IMG/VR virus record: IMGVR_UViG_3300034521_000398
Location: 1 to 49,479 of that record
DNA: 49,479 nt
DNA from: a virus
Lineage: Duplodnaviria > Caudoviricetes
Direction: 5' to 3' (one strand)
Shown: in pieces, positions 1-9,253 of the stretch
Numbering within the stretch: position 1 is the stretch's first letter
How the letters are laid out: each line of letters begins with the position of its first letter
The notes under the pieces: model-generated
Told to the model about the DNA's origin: nothing
Databases searched by the model: none
Seen by the model: only the letters and a program-made list of their open reading frames with translations
Program-made: the position numbers and the translations under genes

Positions 1-329
1 TCTCTCTACTTGGGAGGCACAGGCATCACCTCGTTACCTGATAACCTGACCGTAGGTGGTTCTCTCTACTTGGGAGGCACAGGCATCACCTCGTTACCTG
101 ATAACCTGACCGTAGGTGGTTCTCTCTACTTGGGAGGCACAGGCATCACCTCGTTACCTGATAACCTGACCGTAGGTGGTTCTCTCGACTTGGGAGGCAC
201 AGGCATCACCTCGTTACCTGATAACCTGACCGTAGGTGGTTATCTCGACTTGCAAGGCACAGGCATCACCTCGTTACCTGATAACCTGACCGTAGGTGGT
301 TCTCTCTACTTGGGAGGCACAGGCATCAC
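1..329 (+). repeat. 60-bp tandem repeat, about 5.5 copies (coding)
   Basis: Units at 1, 61 and 121 identical; units at 181 and 241 differ at 1 and 4 positions; partial unit at 301. Confidence 0.98.
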
Positions 330-789
330 AAATACAGACAATGTTAATAAGAATGCTCCAGAAGTTTACTTTTGGAGAAAAAAGGAATATATTAAAGTCG
401 ATGGGATATTCTCTAAAGTAGTTTCACATAAAGGACATATATACAAAGTTCGCCAAATTGGAGAAACTAAAGAAAAATACCTTGTAACTGACGGAAACGG
501 TAAATGGGCTCACGGTGAAACGGTTAAAGAAGCTAAAAGCGATCTTATTTACAAAATCTCAAATAGAGATAAAAGCAAATATGAAAGCCTCACATTGGAA
601 AGTGAGTTGACTTTCGAGGAAGCTATAGAAGCTTATCGTGTGATAACTGGCGCATGTAGTGCCGGAACTAAGATGTTCGTTGAGAGCGGATTGCAAAAAA
701 GAAAAGAGAAATACTCTATATCAGAAATCATATTGCTTACTAAAGGTCAATATGGTAATGATACTTTTAATTCATTTTTTAATAAATAA
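1..789 (+). CDS. Leucine-rich repeat protein (20-aa LRR), 5'-truncated by window edge
   Basis: Frame open from base 1; repeats of SLYLGGTGITSLPDNLTVGG followed by a unique C-terminal domain. Confidence 0.85.
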   Translation, partial: SLYLGGTGITSLPDNLTVGGSLYLGGTGITSLPDNLTVGGSLYLGGTGITSLPDNLTVGGSLDLGGTGITSLPDNLTVGGYLDLQGTGITSLPDNLTVGGSLYLGGTGITNTDNVNKNAPEVYFWRKKEYIKVDGIFSKVVSHKGHIYKVRQIGETKEKYLVTDGNGKWAHGETVKEAKSDLIYKISNRDKSKYESLTLESELTFEEAIEAYRVITGACSAGTKMFVESGLQKRKEKYSISEIILLTKGQYGNDTFNSFFNK

Positions 790-792
790 GTT

Positions 793-1257
793 ATGATGCA
801 CACATGGTTTGAAGTGAAAATCCGTTATGAAAAAATGATGGATAACGGAATGAATAAAAAGGTTACAGAACCTTATTTATTTGATGCTCTTTCATTTACC
901 GAAAGTGAAGGTAAATGCATTCAGGAAATGACACCGTTTATAACCGGTGAATTTACTGTATCTGATATTAAAAGAGCCAACTATAGTGAGATTTTCTTTT
1001 CTGATGAAGAAACAGCTGATAGATGGTTTAAATGCAGATTGATGTTTATCACGCTTGACGAAAAAAGCGGAGCGGAAAAGAAAACGGCTACCAATGTATT
1101 GGTTCAGGCTGCCGACTTACGTGATGCAGTCAAGAAGCTGGATGAAGGAATGAAAGGTACAATGGCTGACTATCAGATCGCTTCGGTAGCGGAAACAGCT
1201 ATCATGGATGTATATCCTTACATACCAGAAGAAGAGAAAGAAAAGAAAGAAGAATAA
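793..1257 (+). CDS. DUF4494-family protein
   Basis: MHTWFEVKIRYEK...KKVTEPYLFDALSFTE, typical Bacteroidetes DUF4494 duplicated module. Confidence 0.8.
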   Translation: MMHTWFEVKIRYEKMMDNGMNKKVTEPYLFDALSFTESEGKCIQEMTPFITGEFTVSDIKRANYSEIFFSDEETADRWFKCRLMFITLDEKSGAEKKTATNVLVQAADLRDAVKKLDEGMKGTMADYQIASVAETAIMDVYPYIPEEEKEKKEE

Positions 1258-1325
1258 CAATCATCCCGCACCGTCCACGAGGCTACCATTTGTTTGGAGT
1301 GCGGGAACAAACTAAAATTATTTTT

Positions 1326-1619
1326 ATGAAGAAAGTTAGTAGTAAACAATCCATAAGGAATAGGGAGGTAGCAAGAATAAAAGCTAACCTCCCTAATTTT
1401 TGCTTCCTATGCGGTCAAAGACCAGTAGATGCTGCGCACTTATTACCAAAGTCAGAATACCCTGAGCACTATACTAAAAAGTGGAACATCGTACCGCTTT
1501 GCCGTTCGTGCCATGAAAGGTACGATAGTGATAGGGCATTTAGGAGAGAACAAAAGAAGTTAGTTGAGATTGTGAAAGAGCATGATCCGCTAGCTGCTAA
1601 TAGATATTTTGGATTGTAA
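1326..1619 (+). CDS. HNH endonuclease-like protein
   Basis: CxxC...AAHLLPK...NIVPLCRSCH motif; start moved to ATG at 1326. Confidence 0.7.
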   Translation: MKKVSSKQSIRNREVARIKANLPNFCFLCGQRPVDAAHLLPKSEYPEHYTKKWNIVPLCRSCHERYDSDRAFRREQKKLVEIVKEHDPLAANRYFGL

Positions 1620-1637
1620 AAATTAAAAATGTAAATT

Positions 1638-1886
1638 ATGAAAGAAGAAAATTATAATAGGGCATGTGAGATAAAAAAAGAAATAGAATCTCTTAAAGAA
1701 CATTTGAAACAGCTTGAAAAAGCCCGCTTCACTGAAACCAATAATGGCTTAACATTCCGATTCAATGATAATCACATAGAAGTTCGGCTAACAGGGAAAT
1801 ATATTCCTAATAATTTCAATTTGAATTATGTGAAATCAGTGGAACTTGCGATTGAAAAGTTAGAGTCTGAATTTGATAAATTATAG
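1638..1886 (+). CDS. Hypothetical phage protein
   Basis: ATG after an AT-rich leader, in a tight operon. Confidence 0.6.
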   Translation: MKEENYNRACEIKKEIESLKEHLKQLEKARFTETNNGLTFRFNDNHIEVRLTGKYIPNNFNLNYVKSVELAIEKLESEFDKL

Positions 1887-1891
1887 AAAGT

Positions 1892-2101
1892 ATGAGTAAA
1901 TACAAAAGAATAATTGGTAGCAGAGCTATATTGCTTGAGACTACAACAAACAAAGCGGGCACAACCATTAATAACGGAGAAGCAGTAACTATTAAAGGAA
2001 GCTATAGAGGCTATGAAATCGAGACGGATGACGGTAGACTTATCACACGCATTCCACGCGATTATGTTAGAATTATTAGAGTAAGTTTAAGAAAACAATA
2101 A
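1892..2101 (+). CDS. Hypothetical phage protein
   Basis: Operon-packed ORF. Confidence 0.55.
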   Translation: MSKYKRIIGSRAILLETTTNKAGTTINNGEAVTIKGSYRGYEIETDDGRLITRIPRDYVRIIRVSLRKQ

Positions 2102-2118
2102 TTCAAATTTAGATAGAA

Positions 2119-2403
2119 ATGAAAGGCAATAAATTTAAAGACAAAGATATACTTGTAAGTGATTCTAATAATATAATTTCCATTCTAAAAGGAGATTATA
2201 ATAACGGTGAATTTAGAGATTATGCATGTATAGATTCCAGTGGTATTAATATTAATACCACTGGAGTATGGGATGGAATAACTGATTGGAGACATGCAAC
2301 TGATAAGGAAAAAGCGAAACTTAACACCGGAATCGAACGCCTTAAAAAAAAGGCAGAAAGAGATTTAGCGCACATAATTGAGTTGCAACAGTTGATAAAA
2401 TAA
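2119..2403 (+). CDS. Hypothetical phage protein
   Basis: Operon-packed ORF; FKDKDIL...WRHATDKEK phage-like module. Confidence 0.6.
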   Translation: MKGNKFKDKDILVSDSNNIISILKGDYNNGEFRDYACIDSSGININTTGVWDGITDWRHATDKEKAKLNTGIERLKKKAERDLAHIIELQQLIK

Positions 2404-2408
2404 TAATT

Positions 2409-2762
2409 ATGAGACAAATAATCAAAGGTAAAATACCATCTAAAAGCAATAGTTACAAAATAGTAACTATCAAAGGCCATGCTAGCCTTGCCAAACAATC
2501 ATCATTAAGAGCCTATGAGAAGTCTTTTTATCTACAATGTAACTTATATCGCAATAAGATGATAAAAGGCTTATTTGAGCTTCGTTTAGGCGTCTACTAT
2601 GAGAATCAACGCCCAGACCTAGACAATTCAATGAAGATATTGCTAGATTGTCTACAGGAATGCAAGGCAATAGTCAATGACAGGAATTGCGTAAAAATTA
2701 CAGCGGAGAAGTTTATCGACAAGGATAATCCGAGAATAGAATTTGAATTAATCGAAGTATAA
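2409..2762 (+). CDS. rusA: RusA-like Holliday junction resolvase
   Basis: IPSKSN...RPDLDNSMKILLDCLQ...NDR...NPRIE motifs. Confidence 0.8.
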   Translation: MRQIIKGKIPSKSNSYKIVTIKGHASLAKQSSLRAYEKSFYLQCNLYRNKMIKGLFELRLGVYYENQRPDLDNSMKILLDCLQECKAIVNDRNCVKITAEKFIDKDNPRIEFELIEV

Positions 2763-2773
2763 TATCAATTACT

Positions 2774-2875
2774 ATGAAAATAAAAGAAATAATTAAAAGC
2801 ATTGAGCACATTCCTAAGTGCTCAAAAAGTGGTGAGATAAACCTTTACTACCTGATTAAAAAAAGGAAGACATGA
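2774..2875 (+). CDS. Small hypothetical protein (33 aa, not in ORF track)
   Basis: MKIKEIIKSIEHIPKCSKSGEINLYYLIKKRKT; ATGA overlap with the initiator gene. Confidence 0.5.
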   Translation: MKIKEIIKSIEHIPKCSKSGEINLYYLIKKRKT

Positions 2876-3510
2876 GAGAAAGTTTTGTTTTTTATCGTAG
2901 CTTTTACGAATCAGCAAAACATTTACCATCGGAAGTTCAATGTGAAGTATACAATGCTATTATGGAATATGGGTTAAACGGTAATTTACCGACCGAGTTA
3001 AGCACTATTGCAAATAGCATTTTTATTTTAATCAAGCCACAAATTGATAAAAATAACAAACGTTATGAGAATGGCAAAAATGGAGGTAGACCGGTTATTC
3101 CAAGTGATAAACAAAAACCAAATAAAAACCAAACAATAACCAAAGGTAAACCAAACCATAACCAAACCATAACCAACATAGAACCTAATGATAATGTAAA
3201 TGATAATGTTAATGATATAAAGAAAGAATCTACTAACGTAGATAAGAAAGAAACTTTCGTTTCTTCACCCTCTCCCGATTATCTGAAATTCAATGAATGG
3301 ATGCAAAGGAAAGCTCCTTATTGCAGCAACTCTAAAAACTTCCCATCTCAAATAACCGAATCTGAACTTTTAAAACTAAAAGAGAAGTATTCAGGTCAAG
3401 AGATTGCGGACATTATCGAGCAGATAGAGAATCGAAAGGATTTAAGGAAACGATATACCAACCTCTACAGGACGGTACTAAATTGGGCTAAAAAGGAATA
3501 TGGAAAATAA
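2872..3510 (+). CDS. Phage replication initiator (DUF6291-like N-terminus)
   Basis: MRESFVFYRSFYE...KRYENGKNGGRP, repetitive linker, directly upstream of DnaB. Confidence 0.8.
   Translation: MRESFVFYRSFYESAKHLPSEVQCEVYNAIMEYGLNGNLPTELSTIANSIFILIKPQIDKNNKRYENGKNGGRPVIPSDKQKPNKNQTITKGKPNHNQTITNIEPNDNVNDNVNDIKKESTNVDKKETFVSSPSPDYLKFNEWMQRKAPYCSNSKNFPSQITESELLKLKEKYSGQEIADIIEQIENRKDLRKRYTNLYRTVLNWAKKEYGK
3116..3217 (+). repeat. Putative replication origin: six 11-bp iterons (AACCAAACCAT-like) plus AT-rich AATGAT repeats
   Basis: AACCAA at 3116, 3127, 3138, 3149, 3160, 3171 inside the initiator gene, as in lambda O. Confidence 0.7.
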
Positions 3511-4831
3511 AGAGATGCCACAAAGCATAGATTCAGAACGGCTTGTTCTGGGCACGCTAATGACAGATAGGAATGCATTAAACGAAGTCAGGGAGTTATT
3601 AACGCCTGAATCGTTCTATGATAAATTCCACGGTCAGATATACAAAACAATATTAGATATTGCCGATAAGGGCAATAGACCTGATATGATTATTGTTAAG
3701 AACAGGCTAGATTCTGACGGAGTAGAATTTAATCTAATCGATTTTATGAATATTGCCGGCTGCCGGACATTTGACGTTTACCAGCATGCAGCTATTGTTC
3801 ACGACAAAGCCAAACGAAGAGAGTTCTACGAAATTGGTCATTACCTGATAGCCAACTGTTTCAGTGAGGAATACGACTTAGAGGACGTTCTTCAAAGCAC
3901 TAGAGATAAGTTAGATGGTATATTCGTTGATTCAGCATCTAACATATCCACTATGCAAGATGCCGTTGAGGGAGTTTACAAACAAATAGAACTCAATCTA
4001 TCCGGTAAAACGGGATTGACGGGAAGTCCTACAGGGTTTTCTGAGTTTGACGATAGAACAGGCGGTTTGCAAAAGTCCGACCTGATTATAATTGCAGCCG
4101 ATACAAGCTCTGGTAAGACTTCTTTAGCCATGAAAATAGCTATGAACGCAGGGTGTAACGTAGCGTTTTACTCAATGGAGATGAAAAAAGAGCAAATCGC
4201 TGCTAGAATGTTGTCAATTCAAAGCGGAATTCCGGCTAATATTATCCAATATTCCAAGATGAACGATGTGCAGTTATCCATGATAGATTCAGGAATAGCC
4301 AAAATACTTGATAAGAGCGTCTTCTTTGACGATAGAAGCACCTCGAGTATAGATTCTATCCTTGCATCAATTAGAAGCCTTAAAATCAAGCAAAACATCG
4401 ATGGAGTGATAGTCGACTATTTGCAGATTCTAACAGTCAACCAAAAAGGACTGAATAAAGAGCAGCAATTAGCCGATGCCGCAAGACGTCTTAAAAACAT
4501 AGCTAAGGAGCTTGATATATGGGTAATTGCTCTTTCTCAGCTAAATAGAGACACAGCAAACCCCGTTCCATCTCTAGGTAGACTAAGAGATTCAGGACAG
4601 ATTGCAGAAGCCGCAGACACTGTTATTCTGATTTACAGACCTGAAAATTATGATAGAAGCTATCCAGAACCATTTAAGAATGCTAATACGAGCGGCACCG
4701 CAATGATAGACATTGCCAAAGGTCGTAACGTAGGAACATTCAAATTTCTAGTCGGGTTTAAGGCTGAAACGACTAATTTTTATGAGTTAAATGAAGTTCC
4801 GTTTGCTCCAACCGATGAACAACCATTCTAA
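3500..4831 (+). CDS. dnaB: Replicative DNA helicase
   Basis: AADTSSGKT Walker A, VIVDYLQ, ALSQLNR, LRDSGQIAEAAD, IAKGRN. Confidence 0.95.
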   Translation: MENKEMPQSIDSERLVLGTLMTDRNALNEVRELLTPESFYDKFHGQIYKTILDIADKGNRPDMIIVKNRLDSDGVEFNLIDFMNIAGCRTFDVYQHAAIVHDKAKRREFYEIGHYLIANCFSEEYDLEDVLQSTRDKLDGIFVDSASNISTMQDAVEGVYKQIELNLSGKTGLTGSPTGFSEFDDRTGGLQKSDLIIIAADTSSGKTSLAMKIAMNAGCNVAFYSMEMKKEQIAARMLSIQSGIPANIIQYSKMNDVQLSMIDSGIAKILDKSVFFDDRSTSSIDSILASIRSLKIKQNIDGVIVDYLQILTVNQKGLNKEQQLADAARRLKNIAKELDIWVIALSQLNRDTANPVPSLGRLRDSGQIAEAADTVILIYRPENYDRSYPEPFKNANTSGTAMIDIAKGRNVGTFKFLVGFKAETTNFYELNEVPFAPTDEQPF

Positions 4832-5022
4832 TGCAAGCGATAAGATGGAAACGAAAATCAACGCCCGAACAAATCAGGCGTATAATGGATAAGTTCAATA
4901 TCCCAAACCAAATGACAGTAAACAGAGTAACACTCGTTGAAATCAAAGAAGAGGATATGGAACAGTTAAGAGAAGTCGAAAAAAGAGGTTTCATTCAAAT
5001 AATTAATTATGAAAACTACTAA
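4831..5022 (+). CDS. Hypothetical protein
   Basis: TAATG overlap with dnaB. Confidence 0.6.
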   Translation: MQAIRWKRKSTPEQIRRIMDKFNIPNQMTVNRVTLVEIKEEDMEQLREVEKRGFIQIINYENY

Positions 5023-5089
5023 AACAACGATAGTACTTGCTATCGTATACGCTTTCTTTTGGTATGCAGTTTATTACTTGGCATCATGA
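5009..5089 (+). CDS. Small membrane peptide (26 aa, not in ORF track)
   Basis: MKTTKTTIVLAIVYAFFWYAVYYLAS; ATGA overlap with next gene. Confidence 0.45.
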   Translation: MKTTKTTIVLAIVYAFFWYAVYYLAS

Positions 5090-5253
5090 TAAAAGTTTTA
5101 AAAGTCAAGTATTACACCGAAGAAGGCCTTTTAATGGTGGAGTACAATAAAGGTAGATCGCTATATAAAACTACCGATATTGAGAAACTAAGAAATCAAT
5201 TACAAACCACTCATGGGTGTACCGTGAGATTTACCTATAGAGAACAAATATAA
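5086..5253 (+). CDS. Hypothetical protein
   Basis: ATG at 5086 in frame with track ORF 5059..5253. Confidence 0.55.
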   Translation: MIKVLKVKYYTEEGLLMVEYNKGRSLYKTTDIEKLRNQLQTTHGCTVRFTYREQI

Positions 5254-5264
5254 ACTTACTGTAT

Positions 5265-5462
5265 ATGAATTTATTTGAGTTTAAGAAAGGTGATATTATA
5301 GGAGATAAATACTCCGATAATAGATATGAGGTGATAGAGCCTGATAAAGCAGGCATGGCTAAAATAAGGAAGCTATCTGGAGGATCCATAGAAGACTGGA
5401 ATGCATACAACAATGACAGATTCTACAAAATGAAAGGTCAATTATCTCTATTTACAAATTAA
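5265..5462 (+). CDS. Hypothetical protein
   Basis: Operon-packed ORF ending in QLSLF, a beta-clamp-binding-like motif. Confidence 0.55.
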   Translation: MNLFEFKKGDIIGDKYSDNRYEVIEPDKAGMAKIRKLSGGSIEDWNAYNNDRFYKMKGQLSLFTN

Positions 5463-5480
5463 CACTAAAAGGAATTAATC

Positions 5481-7994
5481 ATGAAAGAATACATAGATTT
5501 TTTAAAAGATAAGATGGCTATAAGCTATCAGACAGGATTTGAAGTTAAGGAAGAAGAGTTAACTGAATCTCTTTATCCACACGTGAAAGATACTGTAAGA
5601 TGGGCAATAGCAGGTGGATGCCGTGCCATATTCTCTTCATTCGGAATGCAGAAAACAGTTACACAACTTGAGATTATCCGTGTTATCCTGAAACATGAAG
5701 GAGGCAAAGGGTTAATTGTTTGTCCGAAACGTGTAGTAGTTGAGTTCCTAACTCAAGCAAAACAGCACTTAGATATAACCGTTACCTATGTGCGTAACAT
5801 GCAGGAAGTGAAAGAGTGCTCAACTGATATTATGATAACTAACTATGAGCGTGTACGTGATGGAGAAGATGGTGTACGAATAGAACCATCATACTTTACC
5901 GTAACATCACTTGATGAAGCTAGCGTACTTCGTGGATATGGAACTAAAACGTATCAGGAATTTCTTCCTTTGTTTTCTTCTGTTCCTTACAGATTTGTCG
6001 CAACGGCTACACCGGCACCGAATAGATTTAAAGAGATGATTCATTATGCCGGGTACCTTGGAGTTATGGACACAGGGCAGGCCTTGACTAGATTTTTTCA
6101 GAGAGATTCAACGAAAGCCAATAACTTAACTCTCTATCCTCACAAAGAAAAAGAGTTTTGGTTATGGGTATCAACGTGGGCTTTATTTCTTACCAAACCA
6201 TCTGACTTAGGCTATCCCGATACAGGCTATGAACTACCTGAATTACGCGTGCATGAAGAAGTGGTAAGCGTTGATAATTCAACGGCAGGAATAGACAGAG
6301 ATGGACAGGCTAAGATGTTCCGTGAGGCTGCTCTAGGACTAGCCGATGCAGCCAAAGAGAGAAGAGATAATATGTCTGAAAAGATAGAGCGTGTTGTCGA
6401 GATTATTAATAGGCCTGAAAACAAAGATGATCACTTTCTTTTGTGGCATGACTTAGAAAGTGAGAGAATAGCTCTATGTAAGGCTATACCCGGATGTAAA
6501 GCTGTCTATGGAAGTCAGGATGATGAAGAAGCCGACAAGGTAATATCAGACTTTAAAGAAGGTCGCCTAAAGTATTTAGCCGCCAAACCTGAAATGCTAG
6601 GAGAGGGCTTAAACTTTCAATATCATTGCCACAAAGCTATAATGTTTATTGACTATCGTTTCAACGATAAATTTCAAGCCATCGCCCGCATACATCGATT
6701 CATGCAACAATATCAAGTTGACCTGTATTTGGTGTATGCCGAAAGTGAGGGTGAAATTTTTAAATCGTTTATACTTAAATGGCAGCAACATAGAGAGATG
6801 GTGGCTAAGATGACCGACATAGTCAAGGAAAACGGATTGTTCGGATTAAAAGCTGAAGAGAAGATGATGCGATGGATGTTTGCAAGCAGAGAAGAAAAGT
6901 CTGGCAAACTGTGGAGATCTATTAACAACGATAATGTTCTCGAGTGCCAAAAGATGGATAGTGATTCAGTTGATTTGGTTGTAACGAGCATTCCATTCTC
7001 TAATCACTACGAATATACACCAACGTATAACGACTTCGGGCACAACACGGATAACGATAAATTCTTTGAGCAGATGGATTACTTAACTCCGGAACTAATG
7101 AGGATCCTGAAGCCGGGTCGTTTAGCTTGTATTCACGTAAAAGATAGAGTCTTATTCGGCAGCGCAACCGGTGACGGAATGCCAACCATCGATCCATTTA
7201 GTGAAATGACAGTATTTCACTACATGAAGCACGGATTTAGATATATGGGACGTATTACGATAGACACCGATGTGGTAAGAGAGAATAACCAAACGTACCG
7301 TCTTACCTATTCCGAGATGTGCAAAGACGGAACAAAAATGGGTATCGGATGCCCTGAATATATTCTTCTATTCCGAAAGTTGCCATCTGATACATCAAGG
7401 GCTTATGCTGATTTACCAGTGGTTAAAAGCAAAAGTGAATACTCTTTAGCGAAATGGCAGATAGACGCTCATGCAAGCTGGAAATCATCCGGGAATAGCC
7501 TCTTATCATACGAAGACATGAAAGGTGCAGGAATAGATAAAATACGCCACCTATTTAGAAATTACCAACGTGAACATATCTACAATTACGAAGAGCATGT
7601 TTCGTTTGCTGAAGAGCTAGATTCTTACGGGAAATTACCTAGAACATTTATGGCCGTTGATCCTGTAAGTAAAAAGCAGTGGATATGGGATGATGTGACT
7701 AGAATGAGAACGCTTAACACTAAGCAGTCTCAAAAGAAAAGGCAGAATCACATTTGCCCGCTTCAACTTGACATTGTTAACAGACTTATTGAAAGGTACT
7801 CAAACAAAGGTGAATTAGTATTCGATCCGTTCGGAGGTATCGGAACCGTATCTTATTGTGCAATTAATTTAGGTCGAAAAGGATTATCTACCGAGCTCAA
7901 TTATGATTATTGGAAAGATAGCCTATCGTATCTGTATGAAGCTGAAATGGAAGTCAGCGCGCCAACATTATTTGATTTAATGGAAGTAGGATGA
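5481..7994 (+). CDS. SNF2-like helicase / N4-N6 DNA methyltransferase fusion
   Basis: FGMQKT, LDEAS, ATATPAPN, GEGLNFQ, QAIARIHR helicase motifs; VTSIPF and DPFGGIGT methylase motifs. Confidence 0.88.
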   Translation: MKEYIDFLKDKMAISYQTGFEVKEEELTESLYPHVKDTVRWAIAGGCRAIFSSFGMQKTVTQLEIIRVILKHEGGKGLIVCPKRVVVEFLTQAKQHLDITVTYVRNMQEVKECSTDIMITNYERVRDGEDGVRIEPSYFTVTSLDEASVLRGYGTKTYQEFLPLFSSVPYRFVATATPAPNRFKEMIHYAGYLGVMDTGQALTRFFQRDSTKANNLTLYPHKEKEFWLWVSTWALFLTKPSDLGYPDTGYELPELRVHEEVVSVDNSTAGIDRDGQAKMFREAALGLADAAKERRDNMSEKIERVVEIINRPENKDDHFLLWHDLESERIALCKAIPGCKAVYGSQDDEEADKVISDFKEGRLKYLAAKPEMLGEGLNFQYHCHKAIMFIDYRFNDKFQAIARIHRFMQQYQVDLYLVYAESEGEIFKSFILKWQQHREMVAKMTDIVKENGLFGLKAEEKMMRWMFASREEKSGKLWRSINNDNVLECQKMDSDSVDLVVTSIPFSNHYEYTPTYNDFGHNTDNDKFFEQMDYLTPELMRILKPGRLACIHVKDRVLFGSATGDGMPTIDPFSEMTVFHYMKHGFRYMGRITIDTDVVRENNQTYRLTYSEMCKDGTKMGIGCPEYILLFRKLPSDTSRAYADLPVVKSKSEYSLAKWQIDAHASWKSSGNSLLSYEDMKGAGIDKIRHLFRNYQREHIYNYEEHVSFAEELDSYGKLPRTFMAVDPVSKKQWIWDDVTRMRTLNTKQSQKKRQNHICPLQLDIVNRLIERYSNKGELVFDPFGGIGTVSYCAINLGRKGLSTELNYDYWKDSLSYLYEAEMEVSAPTLFDLMEVG

Positions 7995-8110
7995 AAAAGA
8001 CAATCAATCCAATCAAGTTATGCCTTAACCTGATTTTAGTGTGCTACACATTAGTAGTATGCTTGATAGCTAGTATAGGTTTTATAGTTTATTTATTAAC
8101 TCAAAATTAG
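7991..8110 (+). CDS. Small membrane protein (39 aa, not in ORF track)
   Basis: MKKTINPIKLCLNLILVCYTLVVCLIASIGFIVYLLTQN; ATGA overlap with the methylase stop. Confidence 0.5.
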   Translation: MKKTINPIKLCLNLILVCYTLVVCLIASIGFIVYLLTQN

Positions 8111-8119
8111 ATAGCTTTT

Positions 8120-8797
8120 ATGGAAGAACTAAAAAACAAAATAATCAATCATGCAAAGACTGAATACAGTTCAAGCCCGTATGAATTTGACGATAATCAG
8201 ATAGAGCTTATCATAGAGCATGATTGTGAATGCGATAATTGTGGAAAATCAATATTTCAACTTGACGATTTCCCAAATGTAAATATTGAACGTAAAGAGG
8301 TGCTTTGTGAAGATTGCTATGATGAATCATATAGAACATTTTGCCCTATATGCGAAGAATCATTTGAGATAGAAGAAAAGACAGATTATTTTTTCATATC
8401 AAAAGGGAACTCAAAACATGTCAAAAAGCCATGCGGTATTTATAAAATATTAGAACACCCATTTTACTACGGAGATTGTGTAACAGGATTTGATGCTTTC
8501 TTTGATTATGCAATACAGAAGGTGTCTGACATTGATATTGAAGAAGTTTATTCTATTCTTCACCCACAACTTGATAAGAGCGGTATTGCGCTTGATTGTA
8601 TTTGTCCTGATTGCGCAGCCAGGTATCTCCGAAAAGATAACTTTATAATGGCAGATCGTTTTTACTCCATCTTAAACGAAAAGGATAGAAATAGATTATT
8701 TGAAGATTATTCAGATGAAAGGATACATCGTACTAGGCAGGACATGATACATAGACGCATTACATTTAGAGGGATGTTGCAATATCATAATAAATAA
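8120..8797 (+). CDS. Cys-rich (zinc-binding) hypothetical protein
   Basis: CDNC, CEDC, CPIC and CPDC pairs. Confidence 0.7.
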   Translation: MEELKNKIINHAKTEYSSSPYEFDDNQIELIIEHDCECDNCGKSIFQLDDFPNVNIERKEVLCEDCYDESYRTFCPICEESFEIEEKTDYFFISKGNSKHVKKPCGIYKILEHPFYYGDCVTGFDAFFDYAIQKVSDIDIEEVYSILHPQLDKSGIALDCICPDCAARYLRKDNFIMADRFYSILNEKDRNRLFEDYSDERIHRTRQDMIHRRITFRGMLQYHNK

Positions 8798-8841
8798 TTT
8801 AAAAGCCTGATGCAGATTAAAATAGCAAGAAAGGAACTAAT

Positions 8842-9075
8842 ATGAAAGCAGAAGAATTAATCAAAAACAACGCACTTCAAAACATTGAAGTCGTTGGCAG
8901 TCAAAAGGTAGTATTTAATGAAATAGCATTAACAGCCGTTTCAATGGCACGTAAAGAAGTTGGCGACAAAGCCGTTGAAGCTTTTGCCGATGTATTTAAG
9001 GAGATTTTGGGCAATTGCTATAAATCGGATATTGATAGATTTAAAGAGAAATTGAATTATGGAAAATCTCTTTGA
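8842..9075 (+). CDS. Hypothetical phage protein
   Basis: Operon-packed ORF. Confidence 0.6.
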   Translation: MKAEELIKNNALQNIEVVGSQKVVFNEIALTAVSMARKEVGDKAVEAFADVFKEILGNCYKSDIDRFKEKLNYGKSL

Positions 9076-9253
9076 TATACCTCAAAAAAAATCGAGCGAC
9101 AATCGGTGTAGGGAATGCAAATACATTGCAAACCTTAATCCGCATAGCAAAAGATACTGGTATTGCACTATTCAGAAGTGTAATAGAACTCCTTACGGAT
9201 TAAAAGCAGTTAAAAGGATGAACAAATCATGCGATAAATTTGAAAAGCGATGA
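9059..9253 (+). CDS. Small Cys-rich hypothetical protein
   Basis: CRECKY...YC...SCDKF. Confidence 0.6.
   Translation: MENLFDIPQKKSSDNRCRECKYIANLNPHSKRYWYCTIQKCNRTPYGLKAVKRMNKSCDKFEKR

Noticed and set aside
1-329. CRISPR array
   Set aside because: Contiguous 60-bp coding repeats with no unique spacers and no cas genes
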